Source: Candidatus Omnitrophota bacterium
GTDB taxonomy: Bacteria; Acidobacteriota; Aminicenantia; UBA2199
Direction: 5' to 3'
DNA: 64,000 nucleotides
NCBI GenBank assembly: GCA_050258455.1
Contig: JBLMYT010000132.1
Span: forward strand, 82,349-146,348
Under the pieces are notes generated by a model. The model was not told the origin of the DNA. It saw only the letters and a program-made list of their open reading frames with translations, and did no database searches. This document shows, piece by piece, positions 52,689 to 63,400 of the stretch. Both the position numbers and the translations under genes were made by a program. Within the stretch, counting starts at the first letter, position 1, and each line of letters begins with the position of its first letter.

Positions 52689-53219
52689 TTAAAATTTCCA
52701 TTTAAGCCCGGCTTGAAGGGACGAAAGCTCAATGCGCCAATATCCGGGTTTGATGTAATGAAAGTTATACGCCAATTCCAAAGCCCAAGAGGGATTTAAG
52801 TAATAATCCAGCCCTGCCCCAAGGTTAAAGCCGAAATCTTCGCTTCCGGGTCGTTGAATCGGTAATTGAACCGGTCTTTGAAAATAAATCCCGATCCCCC
52901 CATTGACATAGGGTTTTAATGGACCAATCACGGAGAAATAAATTCGACTGTTCAGGGACAGTTGCCAAATATTTATCGTGGCAGCGCCAAGCAGCTTCCC
53001 CCCAATCCGGTGATACCCCAAAACGCCTTCGAGCGTGATCGAAGGCGTCACGTAACATTCAAAGCCCCCATTCGAACCGATTCCCGGATAAGCCTCCATA
53101 TGCGGGAAGCTTACCCCTATCCGGGCATTTGCGGCCATTTGGGATGGATACATGTGTCCCATCATGACAAACATGACCGCGACGAAAAAACCGAGTTTCA
53201 TCAATTTTTGTATTCTCAT
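52689..53219 (-). CDS. Small outer-membrane beta-barrel protein, paralog 3
   Basis: A GGAGG ribosome-binding site; the C-terminus is GLKWKF. Confidence 0.7.
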   Translation of the reverse strand: MRIQKLMKLGFFVAVMFVMMGHMYPSQMAANARIGVSFPHMEAYPGIGSNGGFECYVTPSITLEGVLGYHRIGGKLLGAATINIWQLSLNSRIYFSVIGPLKPYVNGGIGIYFQRPVQLPIQRPGSEDFGFNLGAGLDYYLNPSWALELAYNFHYIKPGYWRIELSSLQAGLKWKF

Positions 53220-53235
53220 ATTACCTCCTTAAAAT

Positions 53236-54543
53236 TTATGGTTTAATCAAATCTCCAGGCCAATCCAGCCCCAAGGCCAGACGGAAGCCAGGTGTAAATG
53301 ACGAATTTTTTTCCGAAACGACATTAACGGTCACCTCTTGAGCAATCGAATGAACCCCGTTTTGGATACCGAAAACCGTGTACGTGTAACTACCACCCGC
53401 CTTCTTTTGTTCCAATAGATCAAGGGGGGACGACTTGAAATCATCCGTAAACGCATTGGTTTTACCGGAATAGTAATCGGAGATCCGGTTTCCATTCCGC
53501 CAGATGACGACCATGTCATACTTCGTTCCGGGCGCCCACGTCAAATGAACCCGGCCGCTGTGAGGATCGCAGGTCGCTTGAAGATGGGTGACCGGCGGTA
53601 AAAATTCCAGACTCTGATCCGCTTCCATGATGGCAATCTCCTGAGGATCGATACATTGGATGCGAATCGTTGGCTGCCCGTTTGGCAGCAATTGCGGGAT
53701 GAGGTGAAGGTTTTTCCCCAGGTTCCGGTTCACTTTGAATTGCCGGTAAAGACGCTCCAAAAATTCGCTTAAATCCATTTGCTCTCCCGCTCGAACAACG
53801 ATCTCCTCATGGGCCATTCTCAGTGTAAAATTGCCCCTGACCACGGCATGGTCCGGAAACGCCAGGAGCGTGGAGTCCATGATCGAGTCCCCATCGTCTT
53901 CCGGGGGATTGGGTTGCAGGTCGGTAACCTCGAAACAATCCTCCTTCGGCTTTTTGGTCTCCGATTTGGTCTGTAAACAGGAATCGGAATAATAACTGTC
54001 GCAATCCAACCGGTCCTGCTTCACCTTGTCGGCCAGGGCACTATAAATATACATCCACCGGTCAAATTTCCCATCGTCATCATCATCGTTATAACCCTCC
54101 CAGGGCGATGGCCCATCCCTCGAAATCCAAACCGTGCCCAGAATCCGGTCGATTTTGCCGTTACAGTTTTGATCCGGTATCACGTAGAGACTGACGGTAT
54201 TGCGGCCGCCGAAGTAGGGACAAAGCCCCACAAAACGTTGTTTTCCTCCTTGAGGGATATAGAGACAGGCATAAAACGCCTTATCGATGCAGGCCACTTT
54301 CACTTCATTGCCCAAATCGTCGGCAATACTCGTACACTCAAAATCGGTGATACTGGAACAATTGATATCGCGAGTGCCCCTGGGCGTGTGGGGACCGCAA
54401 GGAACGCAGATCAGGGACGGGGCGGGAACCAATTGACGTTCCGATTCCACCTGCTGACCCTGAAACGAAACGGAAGATACAACCAAAATTAATACGAAGA
54501 TTTCGAGCTTAAAAAAACGGGTTTTCGGACTTAATACCTTCAT
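53236..54543 (-). CDS. Secreted hypothetical protein (Cys-rich N-terminal half, acidic DDDDD stretch)
   Basis: A signal peptide; no recognisable catalytic motif. Confidence 0.5.
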   Translation of the reverse strand: MKVLSPKTRFFKLEIFVLILVVSSVSFQGQQVESERQLVPAPSLICVPCGPHTPRGTRDINCSSITDFECTSIADDLGNEVKVACIDKAFYACLYIPQGGKQRFVGLCPYFGGRNTVSLYVIPDQNCNGKIDRILGTVWISRDGPSPWEGYNDDDDDGKFDRWMYIYSALADKVKQDRLDCDSYYSDSCLQTKSETKKPKEDCFEVTDLQPNPPEDDGDSIMDSTLLAFPDHAVVRGNFTLRMAHEEIVVRAGEQMDLSEFLERLYRQFKVNRNLGKNLHLIPQLLPNGQPTIRIQCIDPQEIAIMEADQSLEFLPPVTHLQATCDPHSGRVHLTWAPGTKYDMVVIWRNGNRISDYYSGKTNAFTDDFKSSPLDLLEQKKAGGSYTYTVFGIQNGVHSIAQEVTVNVVSEKNSSFTPGFRLALGLDWPGDLIKP

Positions 54544-54781
54544 TGCTTACCTCCTCTTCTGACTCTATATAGATAATATGAATTACCAAATTTTTGCTCT
54601 CCTTTTATAAAAATGCGCAGTTTCTTTTTTGATGTTTATGATGTTTTAGGATGTTTGATATAGGAAAGAATTTTGAGTCTTCACCGTCAAGAGGGATGGG
54701 GATTAAAATTTTCTCTTTACGCCCCGAGGTTTATGGTATATAATGGATCAATGAGTAAATACATAATAGGGAGATTCATTT

Positions 54782-55675
54782 ATGGATGAACAAAAAGCAA
54801 ATGAAACAAGACACTCCGGATATGTTGCCCTGATCGGTCGAACAAACGTCGGTAAATCAACATTCCTCAATGCCGTCATGGAAGCGAAAATCTCCATTGT
54901 TTCAAATAAACCTCAAACCACCCGAAAACAAATCCTCGGGATCAAAACCACGGACCGGGGACAAATCGTTTTCTTCGATTCGCCGGGCGTCCACGTCCCC
55001 CATTTCCGGCTGAACGAACAAATGATGAAAGGCGTTCATGCCTCGTTAATGGACGCCGATGTGATCCTTTACTTTATCGACATCAGCGATGCGAAAAAAG
55101 ACGATTTCATCCTTTCCATGTTCAACGAACTTGAAAAACCGACGTTTCTGGTCATCAATAAAATCGATAAATTCGCCAAAAGCAAAATTCTCGATGTCAT
55201 CAATTCCTATAAAGATGTGTTCCCCTGGACTGAAATCGTTCCCATTTCGGCCTTGAAAGAAATAAACATCGATCTGATGGAAGATCTGATTTACAAATAC
55301 CTCCCGGAAAATGACAATTTCTATCCCGCTGAAGAAACGACCCTGCAAACCCAAAAATTTTATGTTTCCGAACTCATCCGGGAGAAACTCCTGCAACTGG
55401 TCGAACAGGAGCTTCCGTTTACAACCACTGTTAAAACAGAAGAAATCACGGACAGGGGAAATGTCGTGTATATCCGCGCCGAGATTTACGTGGAAAGCCG
55501 CTCCCAGAAAAAGATCGTGGTCGGCAAACACGGGGAACTGGTGAAAGAAATCGGACAACTCGCCCGCGTGGAACTGGAAGATCACTTTGACAAAAAGGTC
55601 TATCTGGATCTGTTTATCAAAATCGTTCCCGATTGGCGAAACTCCCCTACCGTTTTAACCGATTTGGAGATATAG
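54782..55675 (+). CDS. era: GTPase Era
   Basis: A G1 motif GRTNVGKSTFLN, a DSPG motif and a C-terminal KH domain. Confidence 0.9.
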   Translation: MDEQKANETRHSGYVALIGRTNVGKSTFLNAVMEAKISIVSNKPQTTRKQILGIKTTDRGQIVFFDSPGVHVPHFRLNEQMMKGVHASLMDADVILYFIDISDAKKDDFILSMFNELEKPTFLVINKIDKFAKSKILDVINSYKDVFPWTEIVPISALKEINIDLMEDLIYKYLPENDNFYPAEETTLQTQKFYVSELIREKLLQLVEQELPFTTTVKTEEITDRGNVVYIRAEIYVESRSQKKIVVGKHGELVKEIGQLARVELEDHFDKKVYLDLFIKIVPDWRNSPTVLTDLEI

Positions 55676-55692
55676 AAAAAGAGGTTAACACA

Positions 55693-56565
55693 ATGGACAT
55701 AAAGAAACCCAAAATCGCGTTCTTTGGAACGGGCCTCATGGGAACACCCATGGCCGCTCGGTTACTGGACGCCGGCTATGAACTGGCCGCTTATAACCGC
55801 ACCGCGTCAAAGACCGAGCCCCTGAAAGAAAAAGGGGCAACTGTGGCCCAAAAACCGGAAGACGCCGCCCGGTCAGCGGATGTTCTCATCACCATGCTCG
55901 CCGATTTTCACGCGACCGCCGATGTCCTCTCCGATATTCCGCCTGAAGTGTTGAAGGATAAAACTCTGATTCAAATGGGAACGATTTCCTCAGATCAGAG
56001 CCTTCAGATCAAGAAACAAATGGATGCTGCCGGATGCGATTACCTTGAAGCTCCGGTTCTGGGAAGTATACCGGCAGCCACCGATGGAACGCTCTTTGTT
56101 CTGGTGGGCGGCACCCAACATCAGTTTGACACCTGGGATAAACTGTTATCCCATATCGGCGATAAACGCTACTTCATGGGAGAAGTCGGAAAGGCAGCCG
56201 CCGTCAAATTGGCGTTTAACCATTTAACGGTTGCGATCATGGCTGGATTTTCCATGAGCCTGGGTTTGGTCCGCGAAAAAGGCGTGGATGTCGATCTGTT
56301 TATGACGATTCTGCGACAAACCGCCATGTATACCCAAAATTACGACAAAAAGCTGGACTTCATGCTACAGCGGGATTTTTCCGATACCAATTTCCCGGTC
56401 CGGCTCCTCTTAAAAGATACGAATTTAATGTTGGAGGAATTCCGTAAAGCCGGGATCAACACGCTTCCCCTCGAAGGCACGCGGGACGTCATTCACCAAA
56501 CCGTTGAACACGGCGAAGGGGATCTGGATTACTCGGCGATTTACGATACCATTCATCCGAAATAA
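55693..56565 (+). CDS. NAD(P)-dependent oxidoreductase, 3-hydroxyisobutyrate dehydrogenase family
   Basis: IAFFGTGLMGTPMAARL (GxGxxG). The start is chosen at MDIKKP. Confidence 0.8.
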   Translation: MDIKKPKIAFFGTGLMGTPMAARLLDAGYELAAYNRTASKTEPLKEKGATVAQKPEDAARSADVLITMLADFHATADVLSDIPPEVLKDKTLIQMGTISSDQSLQIKKQMDAAGCDYLEAPVLGSIPAATDGTLFVLVGGTQHQFDTWDKLLSHIGDKRYFMGEVGKAAAVKLAFNHLTVAIMAGFSMSLGLVREKGVDVDLFMTILRQTAMYTQNYDKKLDFMLQRDFSDTNFPVRLLLKDTNLMLEEFRKAGINTLPLEGTRDVIHQTVEHGEGDLDYSAIYDTIHPK

Positions 56566-56639
56566 TAAATTGGACTCTTTTTTTGTGTTTTCATCGTAAT
56601 AATAAAGAAAGAGACTCCTTTGAAAAAGCGGTTAGCAGA

Positions 56640-57275
56640 AAAGATTTGAGCCGCCCTGCCAAAAGTTGAGCCCTCCCTCGCGTCAGTCGGTGATTCCCTG
56701 CAAAAAGTTGGAGCTGCCATATATCTGGTCGGTGATGCCATCCCAAAAATTGGAGCCGCCATGTGTCTGGTCGGTACTGCCACCTCAAAAGTTGGTGCTG
56801 CCATGTGACTGGTCGGTACTGCCACATCAAAAGTTGGAGCCGCCATGTATCTGGTTGGTCCTGCCACCTCAAAAGTTCGTGCTGCCACGTGACATGATTG
56901 GTCCTGCCACCTCAAAAGTTCGTGCTGTCATGTGACCTGATCCGTACTGCCACCTCAAAAGTTCGTGCTGCCACCTGACCTGATCGGTATTGCCACCTCA
57001 AAAGTTGGAGCCGCCACCTGACCTGATTGGTACTGCCACCTCAAAAGTTGGAGCTGCCACCTGACCTGATCGGTATTGCCACCTCAAAGTTCGTGCTGCC
57101 ACCTGACCTGATCGGTACTGCCATGTGAAAAGTTTGAGCTGCCCGGCGTCTGGTTGGTGATGCCATCCCAAAAATTGGAGCCGCCATGTGTCTGGTTGGT
57201 GATGCCATCCCAAAAATTGGAGCCGCCATGTGTCTGGTTGGTGATGCCATGCCAAAAGTTTGTGTTTCCCGGGGA
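56640..57275. repeat. Tandem direct-repeat array of about 14-15 units of 42-45 bp
   Basis: Seen directly, e.g. ctggtcggtactgccacctcaaaagttggagccgccatgtgt repeated with point variation. All six frames are open over short stretches, but no long ORF exists. Confidence 0.85.
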
Positions 57276-57307
57276 AGTTAAGAGAGTGTTAAACTTTTTT
57301 TTCTTCT

Positions 57308-57333
57308 GTAGGGGCAGACCCGCGTGTCTGCCC
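57308..57333. repeat. GC-rich hairpin repeat element (gtaggggcagacccgcgtgtctgccc), the same family as the copies embedded in the NRPS at 10034-10056, 12923-12944 and 12965-12990
   Basis: Seen directly; an 8-bp stem GGGCAGAC/GTCTGCCC. Confidence 0.8.
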
Positions 57334-57441
57334 GCTCCCCGCCGCGTCATTTCAATGCGTGTTAATTAATTCTTTTTAATTGAAAAAGAACCCGTTTTAT
57401 ACTATATTATATGGCGTTAGAAGAAAGACTGGAGGGAGAGC

Positions 57442-58560
57442 ATGACGAATAATATTATCACTAACTATAAAAAACTATCGTGTTTTATTTTGATATTCAT
57501 CTTTTCCGTTTGGGGATTCTGCCACCAACGCGTCCAAAAGGAACCGAAAGCTTATGAAGAATTAAGCAGCATTGGATTTTACCCGGAAAGTCCGGATCAA
57601 GGCCCCCTTACCGCAATCATAAACATCAAAAAGAGTACCGGTTATTCCGGCACTCTCTGTCAAGCCGGTTCCACCGAATACATCCGCTTCTTTGTGGATT
57701 GGAACAGCGACGGCGATTTTAACGATCCGGGCGAAAGCGTTGGCCTCGCCACCGTAAATGTTCACGATATTCCCCGAAACTCCGATCGCGTGAGAGAAAA
57801 CAGAGAAAACAAACCGCTGTCTTATGCGGTTTCCATTCTACTCAAACCGAAAAACAAAACCTTCTGCCAACAACCGTTCCTGGTCAAGGCTCGGGCCATT
57901 CTCTCCTGGAATCAAGCTCCCCTACCCAACGATCCGGATTATACGCCGGTTTATGGACATGTCATCGATCAATGGATCCAAATCAAACCCAGATGGAAAT
58001 GGTGGTCATTCACCGAACCCTTAATCAATATACCACTAAAACCCACGGACTTTCTTTCCGAATCCGAATTCATGAAACTATTTAAATCGAATGGAGAGCA
58101 ATCGCGTGATGAGTCGCTTCCGGTGAACCAATCCAATACCGCTTATGAACAACTGAACGGCGTGGGTTGGGATGACCATCAGGAAACGTTGACGGCCACA
58201 ATCACGATTAAAAAACCTTACGGTTTTTCCGGGGACCTGTGTCAACCGGGAAGTAACGAAAACGTGGCATTTTGGGTTCAAACCAAAGGATCAAACGGTG
58301 CCCAGTGGAAATACCTGGGAACGGCTTCCGTGAATATTCATGATATTCCGGGACTTCCGGCGAGCGGGCTGCACTACTCGGTTCATTTACCCGTGGATTT
58401 ATCTGCTTACCGGTCGTCGTGCGTAAAACCCGGACTGTTGAACATTCGCGCCATTCTGTCCTGGATTCGAACGCCGACTCCCAATGTCCCGAATTTCGCG
58501 CCCGTGTGGGGAAATGCCTTTGATGCGGTCATTCAATTGAAACCAAAGAAACATCAATGA
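57442..58560 (+). CDS. Secreted hypothetical protein made of two homologous tandem domains of about 170 aa
   Basis: Internal repeat: ..IKKSTGYSGTLCQAGS..VNVHDIP..ILSWNQAP..PVYGHVIDQWIQIKP vs ..IKKPYGFSGDLCQPGS..VNIHDIP..ILSWIRTP..PVWGNAFDAVIQLKP. Confidence 0.6.
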   Translation: MTNNIITNYKKLSCFILIFIFSVWGFCHQRVQKEPKAYEELSSIGFYPESPDQGPLTAIINIKKSTGYSGTLCQAGSTEYIRFFVDWNSDGDFNDPGESVGLATVNVHDIPRNSDRVRENRENKPLSYAVSILLKPKNKTFCQQPFLVKARAILSWNQAPLPNDPDYTPVYGHVIDQWIQIKPRWKWWSFTEPLINIPLKPTDFLSESEFMKLFKSNGEQSRDESLPVNQSNTAYEQLNGVGWDDHQETLTATITIKKPYGFSGDLCQPGSNENVAFWVQTKGSNGAQWKYLGTASVNIHDIPGLPASGLHYSVHLPVDLSAYRSSCVKPGLLNIRAILSWIRTPTPNVPNFAPVWGNAFDAVIQLKPKKHQ

Positions 58561-58669
58561 GGAGCGCATGCACGGATGCGCTTTTCCAGAAACAACCGGT
58601 CTTTAAAATTCCTCAAAATTGTTACTTTTACGCAATACTATTGACATTCAGAGACTTTTTCTTTAACAT

Positions 58670-59989
58670 ATGGTCATGAATACAGAGAAAGGTTTAAAAC
58701 AAATCCCTTATGGGGTATCCGATTTTCGGGAGATTCGAAAGAATAATTACTACTATGTGGACAAAACCCGGTTCATCCGGGATATTGAACGAAGTGGGGT
58801 TTATTTGACGTTCCATCGTCCCCCTCTTTTTGGAAAATCCCTTCTCCTTTCCACCATGGAAGCCTACTACGACATTCGCGCAGAGGATGAATTCGATTTT
58901 CTATTCGAAGGTACGGATATTCATGAGAATCCCACCAAAGAAAAAAACAGTTACCTGGTTTTTAAACTGGATTTTTCAAAGGTCGATACGGACCTGGAAA
59001 AAGTCGAAGCGTCGTTCCTCGCCTACATGAAGGAAGCCGCCTCCGATTTTGTGATCAAATATGAGAAATATCTGCATATCGATCTCGAAGAAGCGAAAGA
59101 AAGGTTTAATGAAGGAAAAAGTGCTACCGACATCCTGGGAACCTTAATCCATTTCTGTGATGGGTGGAGAAGAGACCAGCCCAAAGTCTATGTCATGATC
59201 GATGAGTATGACAGTTTGGCCCTTAATCTTTTTGTTGCCGGCGGCGAATTTCCTTCCCGTGAAAGTTTGCGGAAAGAAATGTTTATGGGATCTTTTTTTA
59301 CGGTACTCAAAGCCGGAACCACCGGGTCGGGTGCCCCGTTTTCGCGGATATTTCTATCCGGTACCTTTCCCATTTCGCTCGATAATATTACCTCCGGGTT
59401 TAATATTGCCTGGGATATTTCCGATAGTCGGGATATCAATCAAGTCGCAGGGTTTAATCCGATCGAAATCCAGACCATGATCGATTATTACAAGCGTTTG
59501 GGATGGATTTCTCAGCCTACCGAGGAACTCCTGGCAATGCTGCATCAATGGTATGGCGGATATCGTTTTGCCGAAAGGGCGCGCCAGGATGTTTTTAATT
59601 CCACGATGGTTTTATACTTTGTGAAAGAGTTGATCAAAAATTCAGTGCTGCCGCAAGAGATGATCGATCAATGGATTTGGGATGCTTACCGAAAGTTTCG
59701 GCATCTGATTGAATCTTATGGAAAGATATCTCCGGAGAATGGGGATCGATTCTCCGTGCTTAAGGAGGTTTTCACCAATGGGTCGGTGGAGTTGATGTCC
59801 GGCATTTGGTTTTCGTTAAGAAGGTTGAATCGATCGGAGAACTTTATTTATTTCCTTTTTTATGTGGGGTTATTAACCATTGGAGGGTCTGCGTTGGGTG
59901 GATTGGTTTATAACATTCCCAATGAAGCCGTCCGGCGTATTTATGCCGAATACATCGATGAGGCTGGAAGCGAAAGCCCGGTTGAATAA
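58670..59989 (+). CDS. Predicted AAA-ATPase-like protein with a C-terminal PD-(D/E)XK nuclease-like domain
   Basis: An N-terminal YYYVDKTRFI..FHRPPLFGKS motif (P-loop-like), the characteristic length, and a C-terminal region resembling the PDDEXK_9 pattern. Confidence 0.6.
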   Translation: MVMNTEKGLKQIPYGVSDFREIRKNNYYYVDKTRFIRDIERSGVYLTFHRPPLFGKSLLLSTMEAYYDIRAEDEFDFLFEGTDIHENPTKEKNSYLVFKLDFSKVDTDLEKVEASFLAYMKEAASDFVIKYEKYLHIDLEEAKERFNEGKSATDILGTLIHFCDGWRRDQPKVYVMIDEYDSLALNLFVAGGEFPSRESLRKEMFMGSFFTVLKAGTTGSGAPFSRIFLSGTFPISLDNITSGFNIAWDISDSRDINQVAGFNPIEIQTMIDYYKRLGWISQPTEELLAMLHQWYGGYRFAERARQDVFNSTMVLYFVKELIKNSVLPQEMIDQWIWDAYRKFRHLIESYGKISPENGDRFSVLKEVFTNGSVELMSGIWFSLRRLNRSENFIYFLFYVGLLTIGGSALGGLVYNIPNEAVRRIYAEYIDEAGSESPVE

Positions 59990-59993
59990 TTGA

Positions 59994-60245
59994 ATGATAA
60001 CAAGAGAACGATTAAAAAGAGAAATCGATAATGTGCGGGATGAATATATAATACCATTATATAAGATTATTAAGGCTTTTGAAGAACCCGAAGATTCGAT
60101 CGAAGATGAAATGTCTTCTGGTAAAGAAGAACAAAAAAAAGAAGAGTGGAAAAATTTTATCGATAAGTTTGCCGGATCGTTGGCAGATACCCCTATTGAA
60201 AGGGGGGACCAGGGAAAGTATGAAGTAAGGGAACCCATTTTATAA
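59994..60245 (+). CDS. Small acidic hypothetical protein (83 aa), starting 5 nt after the preceding stop
   Basis: ORF only; charged and helical. Confidence 0.35.
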   Translation: MITRERLKREIDNVRDEYIIPLYKIIKAFEEPEDSIEDEMSSGKEEQKKEEWKNFIDKFAGSLADTPIERGDQGKYEVREPIL

Positions 60246-60402
60246 AGATATTTAAGCGGATCATCTCCCCGGACTCCCGCCGAAAACATTTTTCTTCCAT
60301 AACTTCGCCCAAGCTGTATTCATGCAACCAATTCAGCCAAAAACTCCCTTATTAATTCTTTTTTCTCTTGATTATTGTTTTTATTCGTGATATAAGCATT
60401 AT

Positions 60403-63400
60403 ATGAAAAAAAAGATTTTTATCAGTTACAGTCATGAAGATAAAGCCTTTAAGGATATGCTGGTTAAACAACTGAAGGTTCTGGAACTGGAAGGTAATTT
60501 AGATCTCTGGGAAGATAGCCGTATCGAAACCGGTATAGATTGGTTTCCCGAAATCGAGAAAGCAATCAACAACGCGCACATTGCCGTGTTGATGATCAGT
60601 GCGGGGTTTCTCACATCCAATTTTATCAAGGGTAAAGAAGTTCCCACGATCATAAGACGACGGAAAAAGGAAGGTTTAATCGTTTTACCTTTATTTGTGA
60701 AACCCTGTCCATGGAAATCGGTTCCCTGGTTAAGTCCTATTCAGGGGTTTCCTTCTGATAATAAAACATTAATAAATATGATTAAAGGGGAACAATTAAA
60801 ATGTCTGGCAGAGTTTGCCGAAAAGATAAATAAAATTATTCCATGTGAATTATTCACGCCTTTACCGTCCAGAAAGGTTCATCTCATTGGTCGCGAGAAG
60901 GACTTGATCTCATTGGAAAATTCCTTGAATAAGTCCGATCGTGTAGTATTGGTCAATGGTTTGGGGGGTATCGGTAAAACCGAAGTATGCAAAGCATTTT
61001 TTCTGAAAAATTATAAAATATACTGGTATGCCGCATGGGTGGATTGGATCTCCTCAGTCAGGGAATCCATGGTGAATGCGTTGGGCAAGGATAATTCCAC
61101 CTTTATTTCGGTTGATGAAACCGATACGCCTGATGATCGGTTTGAAAAAATAAAGCAAAAACTGGGTCAGATCCGGGAACCGTTCTTATTGGTGTTGGAT
61201 AATATCCAAAACCCGAATGATCCTGATCTTGATCTGTTTAACTTACTTCCTGCATCAATTAAAGTATTGGCCAACTCGCGTTCCAAAATTGACGGGTATG
61301 AATTGCGGGGTTTGGATTTTTTAAGCCCGGCGGATTGTAAAACCTTGTTTTATGAGTTTTACAAGTGGAAGCGGGATGATGAACGGGTGGAGAAAGTATT
61401 GACGTTATGCGGATATCATACCTTGACCGTGGAATTATTGGCCAAAACCGCATATCATGCGGCCATGACGATCGGGGATTTGTATCAGACATTGAATTCA
61501 AGGGGATTTAATTTAAACCGCAGCGAAACGGTTTCCACCTTTTGGCACGATGAAAAAGAGAAGAAGACGTTTTTCGATCACCTCCTAAAGGTATTCGATA
61601 TATCCGGTGTAACCGAGAAGGAATTATCAATATTGATCAATATGTCGGTATTGCCGTCTATTTATATCCCGATTGTCTGGATTGCAGAATGGCTGAAATT
61701 AAAGGATAATACGGAGATTGCTTCGCTGATCGAAAAGGGGTGGCTAAAAAGGGATGAAGAATTACGCATTTATATGCACCCGGCCATTCAGGAGGTAGTC
61801 AAATATAAAACCAAACCCGATACCAAAAAATGCGAGGTTTTAATAGATTCGATTGGAAAAAAATTATATTTAAAACCTGGCGATAACCCGATTCACAAAA
61901 AAGAGTATGTGATATATGGAGAATCGGTGGTGCGCGGGATGGGGGAAGAAAAGGACAAAGGCCTATCTGCCCTGGCGAATAATTTATCGATTATCTACAG
62001 CTCAATGGGCCAATTGAACAGAGCATTGGAATTTCAATTGAAAGCCTTAAAAATCCGGGAAGCGGTATTGGATTCCCAGCATCCGGATTTAGCCGCATCG
62101 TACAATAATACATCGATGATATGCAGGACGATGGGTCAATTGGACCGGGCATTGGAATTTCAATTGAAAGCCTTGGATATCCGGGAAGCGGTATTGGATT
62201 CCCAGCATCCGGATTTAGCCACGTCGTACAGTAATGTATCGATAATTTACCTGACTATGGGCCAATTGGACCGGGCATTGGAATTTCAATTGAAAGCGAT
62301 TGAAATCTATGAAGCAGTATTGGACCCACAGCATCCTTACTTAGCAACATCATATGATAATATATCGAAGATTTACCTGACTATGGGCCAATTGGATCGG
62401 GCATTGGAATTTCAATTGAAAGCGATTGAAATAGCCGAAGCGGTATTGGACTCTCGGCATCCCGATTTAGCCGACTCGTATAATAATATATCCTTGATTT
62501 ACCAGACGATGGGCCAATTGGATCGGGCATTGGAATTTCAACTGAAAGCGATTGAAATAGCCGAAGCGGTATTGGACCCCCGGCATCCCTCTTTAGCCAT
62601 TTTGTACAATAATATATCGATGATTTATAAAAATATGGGCCAATCGGACCGGGCATTGGAATTTCAATTAAAAGCGATTGAAATAGCCGAAGCGGTATTT
62701 GCCCCTCAGCATCCCGATTTAGCAACATCATACAATAATATATCGTTGATTTACCAGGTTATGGGCCAATTGGATCGGGCATTGGAATTTCAATTAAAAG
62801 CGATTGAAATCCGGGAAGGGGTATTGGACCCTCGGCATCCCTCTTTAGCCACGTCTTACAATAATGTATCGATGATTTACAAAGATATGAGCCGATTGGA
62901 CAGGGCTTTGGAATTTCAATTGAAAGCATTGAAAATCCGGGAAGTGGTATTGGACCCTCAGCATCCCGATTTAGCCGCGTCGTATAATAATATATCGATG
63001 ATATACCAGAATAGGGGCCAACTGGACCGGGCATTGGAATTCCAATTAAAATCGATTAAATTCCGGGAAGCAGTATTGGGCCCCCAGCATCCCGACTTAG
63101 CCGTTTCATATGATAATTTAGCGTTGATTTGCAAAGATATGGGCCAATTTGGCAGCGCGTTGGAATCTCAACTAAAAGCGATTGAAATCCGGGAAGCGGT
63201 GTTGCCGCCCCAGCATCCCGATTTAGCCACGTCGTATGATAATATATCGATGATTTACAGAGGTATGAACCAATTGGACCGGGCATTGGAATTTCAACAG
63301 AAAGCAGTGGAAATTCGTAAAGCGGTAGAAGAATTGCGTAAAAAAGCAGAGAAAAAACGAGATCAAAAATTATTGAAAGAAGAAGATATCCCGATGATGG

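Noticed and set aside
56640-57275. Possible CRISPR array
   Set aside because: The units are contiguous, degenerate direct repeats of 42-45 bp with no unique spacer sequences between them, and no cas genes are nearby.
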